Program-made: the position numbers and the translations under genes
Shown: positions 15,201 to 23,950 of the stretch, piece by piece
How the letters are laid out: each line of letters starts with the position of its first letter
How positions within the stretch are numbered: the stretch's first letter is position 1
The notes under the pieces: model-generated
The model's input: only the letters and a program-made list of their open reading frames with translations
Told to the model about the DNA's origin: nothing
Databases searched by the model: none
Assembly (NCBI GenBank): GCA_943355005.1
Contig: CALRDV010000005.1
Coordinates: 4,999 to 68,998 of the forward strand
DNA from: Patescibacteria group bacterium
GTDB lineage: Bacteria; Patescibacteriota; Microgenomatia; UBA1400; MFAQ01
Length of the DNA stretch: 64,000 bases
Direction of reading: 5' to 3'

Positions 15201-17039
15201 CCGGAAGACAGAGTGGTTACCGAAGATAAGAAAATAAAGTTCCCTTTCAAATTCGCCGGCACAGTTATTCTAAATAAACTTTCATTTGTCGCTTTCCTGG
15301 GTCTGGATATTGTGATTGCGAAAATAATTCTTTCACCCGAGGACGCCGGTCGCTTTGCCCTGGTATCGCTAGTTGGCAAAATGGTCTATTTTTTCTCCGG
15401 GCTTACAGGCCAGTTTATTCTCCCTCTCGTAAGTAAAGAGGAAGGTGCTTCGGGTAATCCTCAAAAAATATTTAGTCAAATCTTCCTGGTCACCATTTTC
15501 TTTACTGCAGTTTCTTATCTTGGTCTTGGCGTCTTTGGCTGGCTAAGTGTACCTCTCTTATTTGGCCCCAAGATGCTCGCAGTGATTCAATACTTGCCTT
15601 TTTATCTCCTCGGCATCGCTTCGTTTACTTTGGCTATGTCCATAATTTCCTATCACCAGTCCCGCAAGAAATATTTAGTTTCCATTGCCAGTTTTGCAAT
15701 TACCCTGATTCAGCTATTCATTCTCATTCGTTATTACCAAACCTTAAAAAGTTTTACCGTCACCCTCGGTATCTTCGGCATTATCCAGTTACTTGTCGCC
15801 GGTATCATGCATCGTCTCACTCGATATTCCACTGCCATAACCCAGAATTCTTACGCCTTTTTTAATCTCTTTAAATCACAAAAGAAATCAGATAAGGCTT
15901 TCGAAGGTCAGATCCGTTTCTTGATTTTCAATTGGCGTGATACCAAACATGTCTGGGCAGGGGGTGCCGAAGTCTACGTCCAAGAGCTTGCCAAAAACTT
16001 AGTAGAGAAAGGACACCAAGTCACCATCTTCTGTGGGAATGATGGAAAGAACTTGAATTCAGAAACCATCGACGGCGTGGAGATTGTCCGAAGAGGGGGT
16101 TTCTTCACTGTCTATATCTGGGCTGCTATCTATTATCTCTTCAAATTCCAGGACAGCTTCGACATCATCATTGATTCCGAAAATGGCGTTCCCTTCTTTA
16201 CTCCTTTCTATACCCGCAGACCCAAACTTTTATTGATCTTCCATGTTCACCAAGAGTTCTTTAGGGAAAATTTAAAGTTCCCAATGCTTCAAATAGCATG
16301 CTTTATGGAAAAAGTATTAATGCCAATTTTGTATAAAAACGAGAAAGTGATGACTATTTCAGAATCATCCGTTCAAGACATATTAAAGTTAGGTATCTTC
16401 AAAAAAGAGGATATATTTGTTGTAAATCCAGGGGTAGTTGTTGAATATCCTCCAGAGGTGACACCACTAACAGAATATCCATCATTGGTATATATAGGTA
16501 GACTTAAAAAATACAAAAATGTTGACATTGCCGTCAAAGCTTTTAAGAAAGTACTTGAAAAATTCCCGGATGCAATATTCAGTATTGGTGGTCATGGGGA
16601 AAGTTTAAGTCAGCTTACAAATTTAGTTAATAAACTCGGAATTCAAAAATCTGTAAAATTACTAGGACGTGTAACAGAGCTTCAGAAATCAAAACTATAT
16701 CAAGAATCATGGGTAGCTATACAGCCGTCTTCTTTTGAAGGTTGGGGAATTACCGTTATTGAAGCAAACTTATTTGGAACACCTGTTGTAGCTTCTAACA
16801 TACATGGGTTAAGAGATTCTATTGTCGACGGGGAAACCGGGATTCTAGTCAAGTCGAAAGACTCAAGTGCCTTCGCAAGTGCCATAAATAAAATATTCGG
16901 AAACAAAAAACTTAGATTAAGAATGTCCGTCGCCGGTGTAGAGCGAGCCAAAAAATTCAACTGGTCCGAAAACACCGACATCTTCCTCTCAGCCATTCAG
17001 CGATATTACCTAGACCTCAACTACAATGAAAACAAATAA
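12258..17039 (+). CDS. 1593-aa multidomain envelope-glycan megaprotein: an N-terminal unknown domain, a processive GT2 synthase-like domain, a repeat-derived linker, a polytopic MOP/Wzx-flippase-like membrane domain and a C-terminal GT4 glycosyltransferase
   Basis: The GT2 motifs are LLMEEDD, YDAEDHPDAD, TEDADLG and QRSRWIKG. The linker at 14408-14576 consists of four palindromic repeats. A membrane domain of about 12 TM helices follows (MLIIASVLGNFLNFVYSAYLGN...). The GT4 domain carries EGWGITVIEANLFGTPVVASNIHGLRDSIVDGETG. Confidence 0.7.
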   Translation: MTSKFTGAIIVDSSFWAKPGVQNKWKKALDKIDTGYRIFDKTKNRFEIKKSLAKFLNETTAQEVFLIDTTHTSPSDLATFFKSARHSDNQLFLQSNPSITPFHKILSKNLHHGHEVLAYSPLKLLPQSLCYNLKPSDLSFGTDHAIIHLATLMSLSIQKVETKIISKKRHLLQSSISHLSTRLSPPRPYHLLGDNSDNMLGAGMVHRGKTFITHTTLKEHHSATNTFTVPQALTGLFILLVLIAGVLTYPRNTMIAFTAVLSTIYFIDVLFNLFLVGKSLQTPPELKFTPEEVASLKDEELPIYTILVPLFREALVLPGFVESISKMNYPQSKLDVLLLMEEDDKETIDVANSLNLPAFIRQIIVPHSMPKSKPKACNYGLAFAKGEYLVIYDAEDHPDADQLKKAILGFRSSPPEVACLQAKLNYHNANQNLLTRFFTAEYSLWFDVVLPGMQSINTSIPLGGTSNHFRVKDIIKFRGWDAFNVTEDADLGSRLFRAGYRTAIVDSVTLEEANSKVGNWIRQRSRWIKGYMQTYLVHTRDWRTFYKEQGLHAVIFQLSVGGKIAFMLINPLLWVMTISYFALYKYVGPTIESFYPTPVFYMAAFSLVFGNFLFLYYYMIGVAKHGHWTLVKWVFLVPLYWLLLSRAALKALYQLVVNPHYWEKTDHGLHFSFLAKKQAKAEQKAARKNNHKVSLFFLTAILNVLNLLQKLTTPKPSVIASFGKPNRSNLTPSNDNVIPGSTRNPESVIASKAKQSSSIASSLRDSYSNRSNLIPSRLTSSFKKAYYHPQAGSIMLIIASVLGNFLNFVYSAYLGNTISLEQFGLISLFGSFLYLTQIPTSIFGSSVTRESAFYFGKEKTQPKHIWKQFRRWGIYFSLILTVIWLLSIPFLRSIFKGDSFIPFYIFSPVIILGLLSSVDRGFLNGTLRFKILATVGITEAVIKLLFTILLVSINQKQNVYLALPLSMAFSFLLSWFFASRVPEDRVVTEDKKIKFPFKFAGTVILNKLSFVAFLGLDIVIAKIILSPEDAGRFALVSLVGKMVYFFSGLTGQFILPLVSKEEGASGNPQKIFSQIFLVTIFFTAVSYLGLGVFGWLSVPLLFGPKMLAVIQYLPFYLLGIASFTLAMSIISYHQSRKKYLVSIASFAITLIQLFILIRYYQTLKSFTVTLGIFGIIQLLVAGIMHRLTRYSTAITQNSYAFFNLFKSQKKSDKAFEGQIRFLIFNWRDTKHVWAGGAEVYVQELAKNLVEKGHQVTIFCGNDGKNLNSETIDGVEIVRRGGFFTVYIWAAIYYLFKFQDSFDIIIDSENGVPFFTPFYTRRPKLLLIFHVHQEFFRENLKFPMLQIACFMEKVLMPILYKNEKVMTISESSVQDILKLGIFKKEDIFVVNPGVVVEYPPEVTPLTEYPSLVYIGRLKKYKNVDIAVKAFKKVLEKFPDAIFSIGGHGESLSQLTNLVNKLGIQKSVKLLGRVTELQKSKLYQESWVAIQPSSFEGWGITVIEANLFGTPVVASNIHGLRDSIVDGETGILVKSKDSSAFASAINKIFGNKKLRLRMSVAGVERAKKFNWSENTDIFLSAIQRYYLDLNYNENK
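14408..14576 (+). repeat. Tandem cluster of four palindromic repeats (types 2, 1, 2, 2) inserted in frame in the megaprotein gene
   Basis: Copies lie at 14408-14447, 14465-14493, 14499-14527 and 14538-14576. They translate as SVIASFGKPNRSNLT...VIPGSTRNPESVIASKAKQSSSIASSLRDSYSNRSNLI. Confidence 0.85.
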
Positions 17040-17928
17040 AAAGTTGACAGTCACCATCGGCATCCCTGCCTATTTTGAGGGATCAAATGTAATATCGATT
17101 GTTTCAAAAATTATGAGTCAAAATACTACCCACTTTGAACTTGCAAAGATTGTGGTAGTTTTAGATGGATACGAAGATGAGTTTTCCGAATACTTGTCGA
17201 TGTATCACAATGAAAAAGTAAAAATATTCAAAAATACTAACAGAAAAGGAAAGTCACACAGGCTCAATCAAATTTTTGAAACATCAGAAACCGACCTGGT
17301 AATAACGTTGGATACGGATATTGATTTTGCTAATGAAAATGTACTCGATAATTTAGTCATACCTTTTTTGAAAAATAGTTCGATAGGTATGGTGTCCGGC
17401 AAATCTTTCCCCACAACACCGAACTATTTTGTCGAAAAAGTCTCACTCTCTAGCATTCTTATTTGGGAAGAAATAAAATCCAGATCAAAAAATCCGGCTT
17501 TTACGGCGGAAGGAACAATTAGATGTTTTTGTAAAGCCCTTTACAAGCAATTAAGATTTCCGAACAAAAGTGCCGACGATATATACTCATACTTAGCCTG
17601 TACGCATCTTGGATTCAAATATTTCCATCAAAAAAAATCGATCGTAAATTATAAGACTCCAAAGTCTTGGGTAGACTTTTATCGAGGGCAAATAAGGTTC
17701 TTGTCATCACTAAGTATTCAGGAGGGCGAGTTTAATAATGAGTTTGTAAAAAATAATTTCTGTATCAAGAACTCAGACAGAATCGCGGCCCTATTAAAGG
17801 TTGGCAGGAAACTTCCCTTGCAAACAATTGTCTATATTTTTACCTGGATAATAGCAAAAATTACCATAATTATTTCCGGGCCGGTAACTACTTCAACTTG
17901 GAAAATTTTGCTCTCAACTAAGAAATAA
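17026..17928 (+). CDS. Glycosyltransferase family 2
   Basis: The N-terminal region LTVTIGIPAYFEGSNV is a GT2 Rossmann start, and the gene is paralogous to the next two genes. Confidence 0.7.
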   Translation: MKTNKKLTVTIGIPAYFEGSNVISIVSKIMSQNTTHFELAKIVVVLDGYEDEFSEYLSMYHNEKVKIFKNTNRKGKSHRLNQIFETSETDLVITLDTDIDFANENVLDNLVIPFLKNSSIGMVSGKSFPTTPNYFVEKVSLSSILIWEEIKSRSKNPAFTAEGTIRCFCKALYKQLRFPNKSADDIYSYLACTHLGFKYFHQKKSIVNYKTPKSWVDFYRGQIRFLSSLSIQEGEFNNEFVKNNFCIKNSDRIAALLKVGRKLPLQTIVYIFTWIIAKITIIISGPVTTSTWKILLSTKK

Positions 17929-17930
17929 AT

Positions 17931-18845
17931 ATGAATAAACCAACTGTCACAATCTATGTTCCTGCCTACAATGAAGAGGCAAATATCTCCAACCTTATTA
18001 AATCATTATTAAAGCAAAGGCAGAGAAAATATCGGCTTAAGAACATAGTTGTAACATCTGATGCCAGCACGGATAGGACCGTTCAGTTAGCCAAACAATT
18101 TAAAGATAAAATAATTATAGTTCTAGACAATAAAACACGATTGGGAAAAAATCAACGAGTCAATGAGGTTATCAAGATGTCATCAAGCGATATATCTGTG
18201 ATAATTGATGCTGACACTGTTCCGGAAAGTGATTCGACCATAGAATTACTAATTGATCCCATTATAAAAAATTCTCGCGTTGTTTATACTTCAGGGCTTC
18301 CAGTTCCAATAAAATCAAATACTTTTATTGGTACTGCAATACAAATTGCTAGAGGTGTTTGGGACAAAATCCGTGACGAAATTAAGAATGGAGAAGGCAT
18401 ATATACCTGTCACGGACAGCTATACGCGTTGAGGACGGACTTTGCAAAAATGCACCCATACCCTAACGAGATGTGGACAGATTCTACTTTCTATTATTTT
18501 ACCTGTATTAAAAAGAATCGCTTATATAAGCCAGCGAAAAGAGCTCGAGTTCTCTTTAATACTCCATCTACCCTTAAAGATCATATTTCACAGATTGGAC
18601 GATACCAAAATCTTGATTCGATTTCAATTAAATATTTTGGAGACGAAATCAGGAAAGAATTATCTATACCAAAAAATCTTTTGTATAAATATAAATTAAA
18701 CGCCTTTCTCCATTATCCGGTTCACACCTTAACAATATTCATTATTAATATTTATGCAAAGACTGTTACAAAAGTCTTAAAAATAAATAAATCCGGAGCA
18801 TGGTTAACGCAATCCAGCACCAAACAATTAATAAAAAATGAATAA
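17931..18845 (+). CDS. Glycosyltransferase family 2
   Basis: PTVTIYVPAYNEEANISNLIKSLLKQ is present, together with a DxD-like IIDADTV motif. Confidence 0.8.
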   Translation: MNKPTVTIYVPAYNEEANISNLIKSLLKQRQRKYRLKNIVVTSDASTDRTVQLAKQFKDKIIIVLDNKTRLGKNQRVNEVIKMSSSDISVIIDADTVPESDSTIELLIDPIIKNSRVVYTSGLPVPIKSNTFIGTAIQIARGVWDKIRDEIKNGEGIYTCHGQLYALRTDFAKMHPYPNEMWTDSTFYYFTCIKKNRLYKPAKRARVLFNTPSTLKDHISQIGRYQNLDSISIKYFGDEIRKELSIPKNLLYKYKLNAFLHYPVHTLTIFIINIYAKTVTKVLKINKSGAWLTQSSTKQLIKNE

Positions 18846-19734
18846 ATTTCCTTCAGTTACTATTGGAATCCCTGCATACAATGAAGCTGAAAACATTGGC
18901 AGTTTAATTACGAGCATATTGAATCAAGATTTCCATAATTTTAACTTAGTTAAAATTATTATTTCCTCTGACAACAGTTCTGATGATACGGTTAAAATAT
19001 CAAAATCGTTCGACGAGAATATCATTGATGTATTTGATAATAAAACCCGAAAAGGTGTGGCCTTTCGGCAGAATCAAATCATACAGTCATCGAACACAGA
19101 TGTATTGATATTATTAAATGCTGATATAAAAATAAAGCAGAAAGATTTTCTGTGGAGGATGATAATGCCGATAGTATCTTCAGATGCAGACTTGACCTCA
19201 TGCAATCTGGCAGCTTTAGAGCCAAGGACGTTTATTGGAAAAATAATGGTATTTTCGTTCAGTTTAGGTAACAGAGTTTTTGTGGAAATGAGAGGTGGAC
19301 ATAACTTATATACGTGTCACGGAGCAGTCAGGGCTTTTTCGAAAAGATTTTATAAAGACTTAGAATTCGAAGAAAGTGTCGGTGAGGACGCATACTCATA
19401 CTTAGATTGTCTAGCTAAAGGTCTTACATACAGATATGTAGCCAATGCGACAGCTTTTATTCGCTGGCCGGAGAACGCCGAGGATCAATATCATCAGAGT
19501 CTCAGGTTCCATCAATCAAAAAAAATATTATCGAAAAAGTTTGGAGAAAAATTAGTACATAAGGAATATAAAATACCAAAGCAAAAGGTTCTAATTTCAG
19601 TGATAAAGTTTTATTTTTTCCATCCGGTGCACGCCCTAATATATACTCTATTTTATTTCTACACAAAGTTATCGTCACTCTTTAATAAGCATGATAATAC
19701 CTGGAAAGTTTCAATAAGCTCAAAGAAACTATGA
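18838..19734 (+). CDS. Glycosyltransferase family 2
   Basis: PSVTIGIPAYNEAENIGSLITSILNQ is present with LLNADIK. This is the third tandem paralogue and shares the YTCHG motif. Confidence 0.8.
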   Translation: MNKFPSVTIGIPAYNEAENIGSLITSILNQDFHNFNLVKIIISSDNSSDDTVKISKSFDENIIDVFDNKTRKGVAFRQNQIIQSSNTDVLILLNADIKIKQKDFLWRMIMPIVSSDADLTSCNLAALEPRTFIGKIMVFSFSLGNRVFVEMRGGHNLYTCHGAVRAFSKRFYKDLEFEESVGEDAYSYLDCLAKGLTYRYVANATAFIRWPENAEDQYHQSLRFHQSKKILSKKFGEKLVHKEYKIPKQKVLISVIKFYFFHPVHALIYTLFYFYTKLSSLFNKHDNTWKVSISSKKL

Positions 19735-20537
19735 AAAAAACAGCCCAAATTATCAGGGGAATTATCTACTATCTATTCGGTGTTTTTGATGATTTCTTAA
19801 ACATAAAGGTTCCGGATATTGTAGTTATTTGTTATCACGGAATTGGCATAGATGATTGGCAATACAATATTAGCCTTGAAGAATTTAAAAAACAGGTTGA
19901 CGTGATTTTAAAACTACGAACTCCGATGTCCTTGTCTCAGTTGACCGAATACATACAAGGTAAAAGAAAAATAGAGAAACCGTCATTTGTTATTACGTTC
20001 GATGATGGCTACAAAAATGTACTTAATTGTCTCGAATATCTAAAAAATAAGGATATAAAACCAGGGGTATTTCTACTATCAAACGAGGACGGAGTTAATA
20101 GGTCTGAGATGGGAAATTCACTAGAGCTCTTAACATCAAAAGATGTTTCAAATTTAGTTTCAGCTGGTTGGGAAATTGGATCACATGGCGCAACACATCA
20201 GGATTTCTCTTGTCTGTCTACGGATGAAATTACTAAAGAGATTAAAGTTTCCAAAAGTGACCTTGAGAAAAACCTGGTAACAGAAGTTCAGTATATTGCT
20301 TATCCCAAAGGCAGATATACAAATTCCATACTCGATGAAGTCAAGCAAGCGGGATACAAATTAGGACTTACTATGGATGATAGTTTTATTTCTCGTCAAA
20401 CCAATCCACTGCTAGTTCCAAGAATAGGTGTGGACAAAAGCCATAAAATTTATGAATTTAAAGGGTCATTTTCTCCGACTGTAATCAAACTTAGACATCT
20501 ACTAAAAAAAATCAACATAAACAAGATATATGGCTAA
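19731..20537 (+). CDS. Polysaccharide deacetylase (CE4 / NodB homology domain)
   Basis: It has VITFDDGYKNV (the Asp-Asp motif) and GSHGATHQDF (the His motif). Confidence 0.8.
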   Translation: MKKTAQIIRGIIYYLFGVFDDFLNIKVPDIVVICYHGIGIDDWQYNISLEEFKKQVDVILKLRTPMSLSQLTEYIQGKRKIEKPSFVITFDDGYKNVLNCLEYLKNKDIKPGVFLLSNEDGVNRSEMGNSLELLTSKDVSNLVSAGWEIGSHGATHQDFSCLSTDEITKEIKVSKSDLEKNLVTEVQYIAYPKGRYTNSILDEVKQAGYKLGLTMDDSFISRQTNPLLVPRIGVDKSHKIYEFKGSFSPTVIKLRHLLKKININKIYG

Positions 20538-21708
20538 TAAAAAAATAGAAGTTATCAGTAAGTATTTCTCTCCTGCTAACGCCGGGATTGAAGTCAATAT
20601 TACCGAAACCTACAAAATCCTGGCTAAAAAGGGTTGGGATATCACAGTCCACACCTCGACCGACACCTTAACCGAATCAAACGTCCTCCCTTTAACGGAT
20701 CAAATTTTGGGGATGAATGTTAAGAGGTACAAATTTGCTAAATTAGGGTATTTCCCCAAACTTGACTGGGACAATACCGACTTAGTTTGTTTTCATAATT
20801 TCAATGTATTTTACTTTTTTATACTTGCTTATATAGGAATCAGAAAGGTCTTTGGAAAGAAAAATTTCGGAGTAGTCGTCACACCACATGGTGGCTTCAA
20901 TCCGGAATGGTCAATATACCCAAAGCTAATGGTTTTGATAAAGAAGTCTTATCACTTTACAATTGGAACCTTCCTTATAAATAACGTAGTAGATAGAGTT
21001 CGGGCTGTATCGGAATGGGAAAGAAACGAACTTATAAAGTGTAATGTTTCACCGAAAAAAGTAATAACTATCAGTAATGGACTGGAAGATGATGCATATA
21101 GGGATCTGGAATCTCTTGCCGGTAGCGACATAAAGAAAAAGGTTAAAGATCTCGGAAAATATTTAATCCAAGTAGGTAGAGTATATGTAATCAAAAACTA
21201 CGAGACAGTTATAAAGTCTCTCGTAGACATTCCGAATGATGTGAAGTTTGTTATTGCCGGCGGAGTGGAGGGAAACAATAGTTATTTGGAAAGTCTCAAG
21301 ACACTTTCAAGGGAATTAAAGGTAGAAGATCGGGTAGTATTCCTTGGGGTCATTAGAGGTGTTGATAAGTATTACTTGATAAAGAATGCACAAATGATGG
21401 TCCATATGGCAATTTGGGAAAGCTTTTGTAATGTTGTACACGAAGGCATGAGTCAAGGACTTGTATGTATAGTGGCAAACAATACTGCTCTTCCACTACT
21501 TATTAAAGATGGAGTTAATGGCTATTGTGTCGAAACAAAAGATAGTAAAACGCTTTCGGAAAAAATAAACTTTGTGCTAGAAAATCAAAAAAACAAAATA
21601 ATTGTGGACATGAAAGAAAGAAATAGAAAATTTGGACTTGAAGAATCTTGGACAAGCGTAGCTAATAAAATGGATAAGTTATATAAAAGTTTATTGAAAG
21701 CAATATGA
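20530..21708 (+). CDS. Glycosyltransferase family 4 (GT-B fold)
   Basis: It has a two-Rossmann-domain architecture. The C-terminal domain reads KFVIAGGVEG...VHMAIWESFCNVVHEGMSQGLVCI, an E-x7-E-like region. Confidence 0.65.
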   Translation: MANKKIEVISKYFSPANAGIEVNITETYKILAKKGWDITVHTSTDTLTESNVLPLTDQILGMNVKRYKFAKLGYFPKLDWDNTDLVCFHNFNVFYFFILAYIGIRKVFGKKNFGVVVTPHGGFNPEWSIYPKLMVLIKKSYHFTIGTFLINNVVDRVRAVSEWERNELIKCNVSPKKVITISNGLEDDAYRDLESLAGSDIKKKVKDLGKYLIQVGRVYVIKNYETVIKSLVDIPNDVKFVIAGGVEGNNSYLESLKTLSRELKVEDRVVFLGVIRGVDKYYLIKNAQMMVHMAIWESFCNVVHEGMSQGLVCIVANNTALPLLIKDGVNGYCVETKDSKTLSEKINFVLENQKNKIIVDMKERNRKFGLEESWTSVANKMDKLYKSLLKAI

Positions 21709-22439
21709 TGATATTAAATAGCGTAAGAAAATTGTTTTTTCCAGAGCCATATATCGACAATGGTAATTCTCTAAAAAATAAGGTGGTGATAATTACTGGT
21801 GCAAGACGAGGAATCGGACTTGCCACTGCTCAACTGCTTAGAAAAAAGGGTGCTAAGCTTGCGCTAATTTCTAGAAAATTTGAAAGTAAAAAATTAGATG
21901 GAGTTCTATATATTGAAGCCGACATATCTATTGAAGAGGAGTGCCGGAATGCAATTAGTCTGTGTATTAAAAACTATGGGAAAATTGACTGTTTAATTAA
22001 CAACGCCGGAACCTTTATTGACAAGTCGCTGGATCAAACGACTTTGGAGGAATTTAAGAAAATTTTTGAAAATAATGTGTTCGGAATGTTTAATATGACC
22101 AGACTTATTGTTCCATTTATGAAAAAACAAAAAATGGGAACTATCATAAACATTGGTTCAAAAATAAGTCATAATTCCAATGTCACGCCGAATAAAGTTA
22201 CTTATGCCACTAGCAAATATGCTGTAGAAGGATTTTCTTTTTCCTTAAACAAAGAATTGAAAAAATTCGGCATCAGAGTTTGTTGTTTAATGCCGGGAAC
22301 AGTTTCGACATTTATATCTAGACTAAGTAAAGATTATTTATCACCCTTTGAAGTTGCAAATTTAATTAAAATTATTATCGAATCAGAAAATATTGACTTT
22401 GAAAGTATAGTTTTTAAGTCGGTAAGACAAAACATATAA
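21705..22439 (+). CDS. Short-chain dehydrogenase/reductase (SDR)
   Basis: It has VVIITGARRGIGLATA (TGxxxGxG), NNAG, and YATSKYAVEGF (catalytic YxxxK). Confidence 0.85.
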   Translation: MMILNSVRKLFFPEPYIDNGNSLKNKVVIITGARRGIGLATAQLLRKKGAKLALISRKFESKKLDGVLYIEADISIEEECRNAISLCIKNYGKIDCLINNAGTFIDKSLDQTTLEEFKKIFENNVFGMFNMTRLIVPFMKKQKMGTIINIGSKISHNSNVTPNKVTYATSKYAVEGFSFSLNKELKKFGIRVCCLMPGTVSTFISRLSKDYLSPFEVANLIKIIIESENIDFESIVFKSVRQNI

Positions 22440-22444
22440 AGACT

Positions 22445-23950
22445 ATGAATTTCAAACTTCCAAAAATAGTAATTAATCCGGCTTTGGTAATCACTCTTTT
22501 ATTAGCTATATTGCTATTGTTCTTTACCGTTAAGGGAACCAAAAAAACATATTACGACCAAAGCTTGTACGACACCTCAATGGGAAGTCCTTTTGAGTCA
22601 TCTAATAACTCCTCAAGGTATGCTTTGACTGAGGCAATAACGAACAGACTTTCCTTCATATTAACTCCAGAAGAAGCAAAATTTTCTTCTCCAGATGTCG
22701 CAAAAAAGAACAATCGTTACTTTAGTCTTTTTATGCCTGGAGTATCGGTCTTAGGCGCACCCTTGTTTTATATTGGAAAATATTTGGGGTTTCCACAACT
22801 AACTACATATTTGTTAAACGGAATTATTTCGTTAGTGTGCTTACTCTTTATTGTAAAGATTTCAAGAAAAATAGGTGCAAATAAGAACTGGTCAATTATT
22901 AGCGGATTTCTATTTATATTTTCTTCAAATGTTTGGGCGTATTCTCTTGGCTATACTCAGCATTTGCTGACCACACTGTTGGTGTTAATAGGACTCAAAA
23001 TTATACAAAACAAAATTAACGTGTTAAACAATCTCTTTCTTGGAGTTGTCTTCGGAGCCGGCTTAATGGTCGATTTACCAAACGCAATAATTCTGCTACC
23101 TATCGTCATTTATCAGATTTTGCGCCATTTTGAGGTTACATATAAAACATTTAAGATAAATTGGAAATTATTACTTCTTGCTGTTGGGGTGGTTCCTTTT
23201 ATAGCTAGTTTTATTGGTTATAATATTTTGACCACAGGTTCTCCTTTATCTCCGGCACAATTTTTAGGGAGAACTAGCGACTTTTTTGTAACACAGGAAG
23301 AAATCAACATTTATGAGGCCTCTCGTACGGAACCCAAAACTGGCATTAGTCTACCGTTTAAATCTAGAAAGCAACTGCAAGGACTTTATATTTTAATTGT
23401 TTCGAATGAAAGAGGAATCTTGTATTATTCGCCAGTCTTGATATTGGGTTTATTTGGTTTTTATATATCTTCCAAAAATAGAGGAAGTCTTAGTTTCAAT
23501 CAAGTAACTCTGGGAATAATCGGATTAAATTTATTTGTTTACGCAATGTTTGGTGATCCCTGGGGTGGCTGGTCATTTGGACCTAGGTATATGATTCCGG
23601 CAACCGCCGTCATTATGATATATTTCCCATTCTTTTTTGAATCAAAGAAATATCGAGTTTTGAAATCAATTCTGATGGTTATCTTGGCCAGTTACAGTAT
23701 TTATCTCTCTTCCTTGGGGGCACTAACCACATCTATGGTCCCACCAAAACAAGAGGCAATCTACTTTACAAATCCAATCCCATACACCCCGCAACTGAAC
23801 AAAGAATTTATTGAAACTAAAACCAGTTCTCTTTTTTACAATCTTGTTTTAAACGACAAAATATCAACACTTGCCTACTCAAGAGTTATTCTATCGCTTT
23901 GTTTGATTTATTTATTTGGCATGACTATTTACGCAAACACCCATGATTAA
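22445..23950 (+). CDS. Polytopic membrane protein, probably a GT-C-type glycosyltransferase or polymerase
   Basis: About 12 predicted TM helices, with no soluble enzymatic motifs recognised. The assignment rests on context within the glycosylation locus. Confidence 0.45.
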   Translation: MNFKLPKIVINPALVITLLLAILLLFFTVKGTKKTYYDQSLYDTSMGSPFESSNNSSRYALTEAITNRLSFILTPEEAKFSSPDVAKKNNRYFSLFMPGVSVLGAPLFYIGKYLGFPQLTTYLLNGIISLVCLLFIVKISRKIGANKNWSIISGFLFIFSSNVWAYSLGYTQHLLTTLLVLIGLKIIQNKINVLNNLFLGVVFGAGLMVDLPNAIILLPIVIYQILRHFEVTYKTFKINWKLLLLAVGVVPFIASFIGYNILTTGSPLSPAQFLGRTSDFFVTQEEINIYEASRTEPKTGISLPFKSRKQLQGLYILIVSNERGILYYSPVLILGLFGFYISSKNRGSLSFNQVTLGIIGLNLFVYAMFGDPWGGWSFGPRYMIPATAVIMIYFPFFFESKKYRVLKSILMVILASYSIYLSSLGALTTSMVPPKQEAIYFTNPIPYTPQLNKEFIETKTSSLFYNLVLNDKISTLAYSRVILSLCLIYLFGMTIYANTHD

